Of a stretch of 64,000 nucleotides of DNA, positions 59,085 to 64,000 are shown piece by piece. The translations under genes were made by a program, and so were the position numbers. The first letter of the stretch is position 1, and each line of letters starts with the position of its first letter. Source of the DNA: Macrostomum hystrix. Its lineage: Eukaryota > Animalia > Platyhelminthes. The notes beneath the pieces were generated by a model that saw only the letters and a program-made list of their open reading frames with translations, was not told the origin of the DNA and made no database searches. Location: contig CATNEN010000003.1 in the NCBI GenBank assembly GCA_950097015.1, positions 5,456,001-5,520,000 of the forward strand. The letters are read 5' to 3'.

Positions 59085-62043
59085 ATGTCTACTTCGCCAG
59101 CTCGTCCGACTTCGGTCGCCGCTTTCCCCTCCGTCGCCGAGATTTTCTCCGACTGTTTGCGTCGATCAACAGTCCGCGGCATTCCTAGAATCTTCTCTAG
59201 CCGAAGCCCGATTCTGAAAGCTCTGTGGACAGCATCCGTGCTGCTACTGTTTTCCCTGTTCCTGCTGAACCTGACGGGAATGGTCAGCATCTATATGAGA
59301 GGCGACACCATGTTTTCCAACATGAAATGGGAGCCTCTGCCGCCATTTCCATCTTTTACCGTGTGCAATTTCAAACCTATTTCGGCGGCACTGCTGCCCT
59401 ATACCAACCTCACACCGGAGGTTTACAGGTGAAATCTTTCTGATAGAAAATTCTCCTATTGTAGTGAAAAGCGAAACGATTAATACGAGTACATAGCTGA
59501 AACTATTCCTACTCCCATTTTCAATAAAACTAGTTCCACCGATGCCCCGATATGTACTTTTAGCTCCTAGGCTGTCTCGTTCGGCAACTTCCTACGCATG
59601 AAGAGATGCCCACATAGCGACTTCCAAACACTATGAAATTGCTTTATAAACATCATAACAATACAATAACGCCCATTACTGTCCCATTTTCTAGGCACAA
59701 GATAATTGAGCTGGTTCAAAGATCTAAACTCGATCAAGAGCACAATTTGAACATGCTGTTCAAACTTCTCGAGCCTCAAATTTATCACGATCACCTGAAC
59801 ATGACCGAGGTTCTGCGCTTAACAGAGACCGATAGCCTCATTATGCCAGAGAGTTGTCACGTGCACTACCAGAACAACAGCATCAGCCACGTGAAGCGAT
59901 GCTCGTCAGATCCCGACTTTGCCAGCATCGAGTTTCGATACATTCCCGGCTACTCACACTGTCAGACTGTTCGCATTAAGCAGGGCAGCCAGGTGAAAAA
60001 GGTCGTACTTCATGTGCTTCTAAAAGCGTCGTCGGACAACGTCAACTGCTGGTACTGCATGCTGGAGAATCCGGCAACCCTACGCAAGGGCATCATTCTC
60101 TACCTGCATCATGACGACGAGTATCCCGTGAGAAACATGAGAAACCACTACACAGAAGAAAGTTTTTAATTTAGAAAGTCCTCGCTCCAGAACTTTCTAA
60201 CCCTTTCTAACCTGTTGCTATCTCTAGAACGTTATCACTCCAGAAAGTCAGAACTTCATTCTTTCTTTCTTACTTCGTTCTTACAGAACTTCATTCTTTC
60301 AGAACGTCACCCCTCAAAAACGACATCCCTCGAGAACGTCATCCCTTGAAAACGCCATAATACTCGTACCAGAACGTCATTCCTCCAGAACGTCATCATA
60401 CCAAAACGTCATCCTTCCAGAATGTTATTCCTCCAGAACATCATTCTTCTAGAACGTCATTCCTCCAGAACGTCATTTCCCCAGAACGTCATTCCTCCAG
60501 AACGTCATTTCCCCAGAACGTCATTCCTCCAGAACGTCATCCGTCCAGAAAGTCATCCCTCAAAAATGACACCCCTCGAGAATGTCATCCCTCCAGAACG
60601 TCATCCCTTGAAAACGCCATAATACTCGTACCAGAACGTCATTCCTCCAGAACATCATTCTTCTAGAACGTCATTCCTCCAGAACGTCATTTCCCCAGAA
60701 CGTCATTCCTCCAGAACGTCATTTCCCCAGAACGTCATTCCTCCAGAACGTCATTTCCCCAGAACGTCATTCCTCCAGAACGTCATTTCCCCAGAACGTC
60801 ATTCCTCCAGAACGTCATCCGTCCAGAAAGTCATCCCTCAAAAATGACACCCCTCGAGAATGTCATCCCTCCAGAACGTCATTATACCAGAAAGTCATTC
60901 CTTTAGAATGTCATCATACCAAAACGTCATTCCTCCAGAACAGCATCATACCAGAACGTCCCCACTGCCGAATAGCCTCACTAAAGATCTTCAGATCCTA
61001 AAACGTTCTCACTCCAGAGCGTAATTCTCTTTTCTAATGATAAGCTAATGTTTTCATTTTAGGTTCGCATCGAGGACGGCTTATTCGTCCTGCCGGGCAC
61101 GCAGAACATCATTCACGTGAAGCAGAAACAGGTGATTCACGTGAAAGACTGCGAACCCAGACCAGCTGAGGAGCACGTGGACTTCTACCTGGCTGGCAAA
61201 TACCATCGAAGCAACTATTACCCGGACCTGTGCCGGTTCAGCCAGACTACTGACCTTTATCGTCGATTCTGTGGCTGCACCACCCAGACACTGCCGCAGC
61301 GGGTGCCACGCGGAGAAGATCTGTCCGGCTACCCTCTGTGCTTCCGTCAGGATCTCAACGCCTCCGAGTTGAACTACAGACGCCTACATTGCATCCTGGA
61401 CGTTGACAGCAAAGGCGATGATGGACAGCATGTGAACGAGGAGGTGCGCAGGTTCATGCAACAACAGCAGATTAGCAACGAAGCTCGTCTCAAAGAGGAC
61501 AACAGCGACTGTCGAGGCAGCTGCACCTTCGTGCGGCACACAGTGGCCCACAGCTCATCAGTGGGCGTTACCAAGTCGTCCGCATTGGAGATCTTCAGCG
61601 AGTGCATTTACAAATCGGAGCTTTATCGACGAGACCCGGCGCCATTTCACGCCTACTCCAAAGCGATGGAAATGAAGGAGCTGAACCGCATGGCCGAAGC
61701 CGAAGCCTGGTTGAACTCCACGGACTATTTGGAGAAGAATTTCCTCACGCTGGTGCTCAGCTTCTCAAAGCATCACGCACTTAAACAGAAGGAGCACTGG
61801 GTGATGGAGAGCTCGTCACTGATTGGCCAAATCGGTGGTGCGTTGGCTCTGTTCAGCGGTATTACGCTCATCTGCGTCGCAGAGCTGGTAGAGCTGCTGT
61901 TCAACCTTCTCGACCATCTGCGGCGAAGATTTCGACCACCAACTGCTGGCATGAGACGCCAAACAGATGCCGACATCGCTGTTAGCGACGACGAGAAAGG
62001 CGAACCAATGACGCATTGTGGACAGCGAAGCTACGACTGCTAA
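59085..62043 (+). CDS. DEG/ENaC (amiloride-sensitive sodium channel superfamily) subunit, 3 exons (59085-59428, 59695-60127, 61063-62043), ~585 aa
   Basis: Pre-TM1 STVRGIPRI, TM1 ALWTASVLLL, FPSFTVCN, YSHCQT, GIILYLH..EYP|VRIEDGLFVLPG, Cys-rich thumb (CGC, C...C), TM2 LIGQIGGALALFSGITLICVAELVEL. Junction phases 2 and 0 are consistent. Confidence 0.93.
60300..60960. repeat. 16-bp minisatellite (CCAGAACGTCATTCCT)
   Basis: DEG/ENaC intron 2. Confidence 0.93.
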
Positions 62044-62904
62044 TTAACATCAAAGTTGGAAGTCTCTGCTTATAATAATTTTTTAACAGTAGGACTACCA
62101 AGCCATTTTGCCACCCGTTTTTATACCAAGGTAAAGAGAATTTTTGGCAGCGCATGAGTTTTACCATCGTTGGGTGGTGACTGATTGGTTGACAGACTAG
62201 GCGATGGTGTCCTGTGGTTGAGCTAATATTTTGGCTTGATCAGTGAAATTTTAGAAATTCGCGTCACGGTGTCCATAGTTGCCTATTTCCACCTGTTGTA
62301 GCCCTTGAAGGTCCAGCAGTCCGTCTAGATAAAGGTAGGTGACAACCGAAGACAAAGATGATGCACGCACAGTCGAGTGACATGCTGAGAAATTTTGAAG
62401 GCTTGGCAAGGCCGCACTGGCGCAGTGCTAATTCTTGCATTGGGGTGTATCAAATACACTAGCGCTTATGCGAAAAATCAGACCTTCGGCCAGAACCGTT
62501 GAATATCTCGATGGTCTGAAGAGCTGGCGACTTGATTCTTGTTTCAGAAGATGCGCAACAAAAAGTTAGCCCGTGTTCTTGAGTTCCATATGCTTTCGTT
62601 GCTCCGTTCGGGTACAGCACAAAAATAGTATTGGGGAAAATCTGCAACTTGGTAGTTCTACTGTCACGATAAATCCTAAATGTGACTACAACATTTTTTA
62701 TTTATTTAGTAAATGACCTTATTTTTTAGAGTTTATTTTGCTTTTCTTGTTTTAACTTCTTCCTAAATCACATGAATTAACATGACATTAACTGCACCAA
62801 GATGATTGGTGTAGCTTATGAAATACAACCCTTATTTTGTTGGGATTTTTAAACTTCGAAACCATTAAAAGTACTGGAACATAAGACCTCCTCTTGTCAC
62901 GTTG

Positions 62905-63170
62905 GTTGGTGGCAGAGTGGTTAACGCATTTGCCTCTCGCACCAAGGTCCCTGAGTTCGATTCCGCGGCGAGGCCACATTCGTTCAGGGCGCAGCCGCAG
63001 AGAGAAGGCTTGGGGGCTTAAGTGAGAGTGTACACTGTCTGACGATGAGAAAGTCATGGAATATGTACACACCTGAGTGAGTGTGTGCCTGCGTACAGTA
63101 TCGGTGTGAGCGTGTGCTCAGGAGTCATTGTCACCAAGTGAAGGTGCCTGCAGCCCTCCTGCAATTATTT
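62905..63170 (+). mobile_element. SINE family A copy with internal deletions
   Basis: Head GGTGGCAGAGTGGTTAACGC, B box GAGTTCGATTCC, end CAGCCCTCCTGCAATTATT. Confidence 0.87.
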
Positions 63171-63807
63171 TAACTTTTTGTATTGCATAATCGAGAATGA
63201 GTTAGCAAAAATTATATAAATCGATATAAAAAATTAACTCGTCGTGATTATTTTTAGCAATTTATCTATCTTTTTTCACCGCCTCTATCTATTGCCAATA
63301 AAGTTTTAAAAAATTCATTTCCTGCTTATCAATTTTTGATGCTTTCAGCGTCGACCCCATTATCTCGACGAACAATTTTTTGTCATTTTCTCATTCTTTG
63401 ATAAAATTGCAAGGATTCTAATCGCCCCTAGGGGCAGAAAATTATTTAATTCCGGCTAACAAACAAGGCAGGGATGTGTAAACTAACCTTCAGCGTGGGT
63501 CATTGGTACAATATTGTATGCAATAAGTTTAGAATGTCTTCGTTTTTTTCTATTCATACAGAGAAGTTATCTTTGAAAGCATTGCGTGGGCATTCCATCG
63601 ACTTCTGCTGTTAACTAATTAGTTTCTACCAGTAACGTCTGCAGCAACTGCTACCTGTGTGAACCCTTCCACTCGCTAATCTTAACTACAAGCTGACAGG
63701 GTCATCTGTCATACCGGTTATTTCTTTAGTAAAGAATTATCTGAAAATGCACTTTTAAATTTCTGTAGAGAAGAATTAATTGCTAGAATAAATTGCTTAC
63801 TCTCCTA

Positions 63808-64000
63808 AGTCCCACAATTTGTCACTCTCCCTCATTCACTCCCACAATGTGTCACTCTCCCCCATTCACTCCCACAATTTGTCACTCTCCCCTATACACT
63901 CCCACAATGTGTCACTCTCCCTCATTTAATCTGACACTTTGTCACTCTCCCTCATTCACTCCCACACTTTGTCACTCTCCCTCATTTAATCTGACACTTT
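63808..64000. repeat. 30-bp minisatellite (TTGTCACTCTCCCTCATTCACTCCCACAAT), runs off the window
   Basis: Read directly. Confidence 0.9.

Overview
Eukaryotic (animal) genomic DNA: AT-rich introns and intergenic DNA, GC-rich exons, GT-AG introns, standard code. The dense minisatellites, tRNA-derived SINEs and gene content suggest a flatworm such as Macrostomum, but that is inference. Genes built by hand from splice signals and reading phase: (1) an intronless glucosylceramide synthase (7565-8848, +); (2) a 20-exon, ~1093-aa SCYL2-family pseudokinase/HEAT gene (45732-12713, -) with a probable GC-AG intron; (3) nested antisense in its intron 15, a prepro-neuropeptide-like gene (20547-21179, +) with a signal peptide and 14 identical FVQPGTYDW copies separated by KKR, a peptide I cannot place in any family; (4) a 3-exon ankyrin-repeat gene (52623-54283, +); (5) a 3-exon DEG/ENaC channel (59085-62043, +) with altered HG and G-x-S motifs; (6) a possible orphan 2-exon fragment (1493-2513). 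Mobile DNA: two tRNA-headed SINE families (one with a CORE domain), a hAT MITE carrying a 16-bp minisatellite, and a dead RNase H-bearing LINE fragment. More than 20 tandem arrays occur, many filling introns; several share a GAGTGAC core or contain splice-signal-like motifs. Most long ORFs in the ORF track are artefacts of these arrays.
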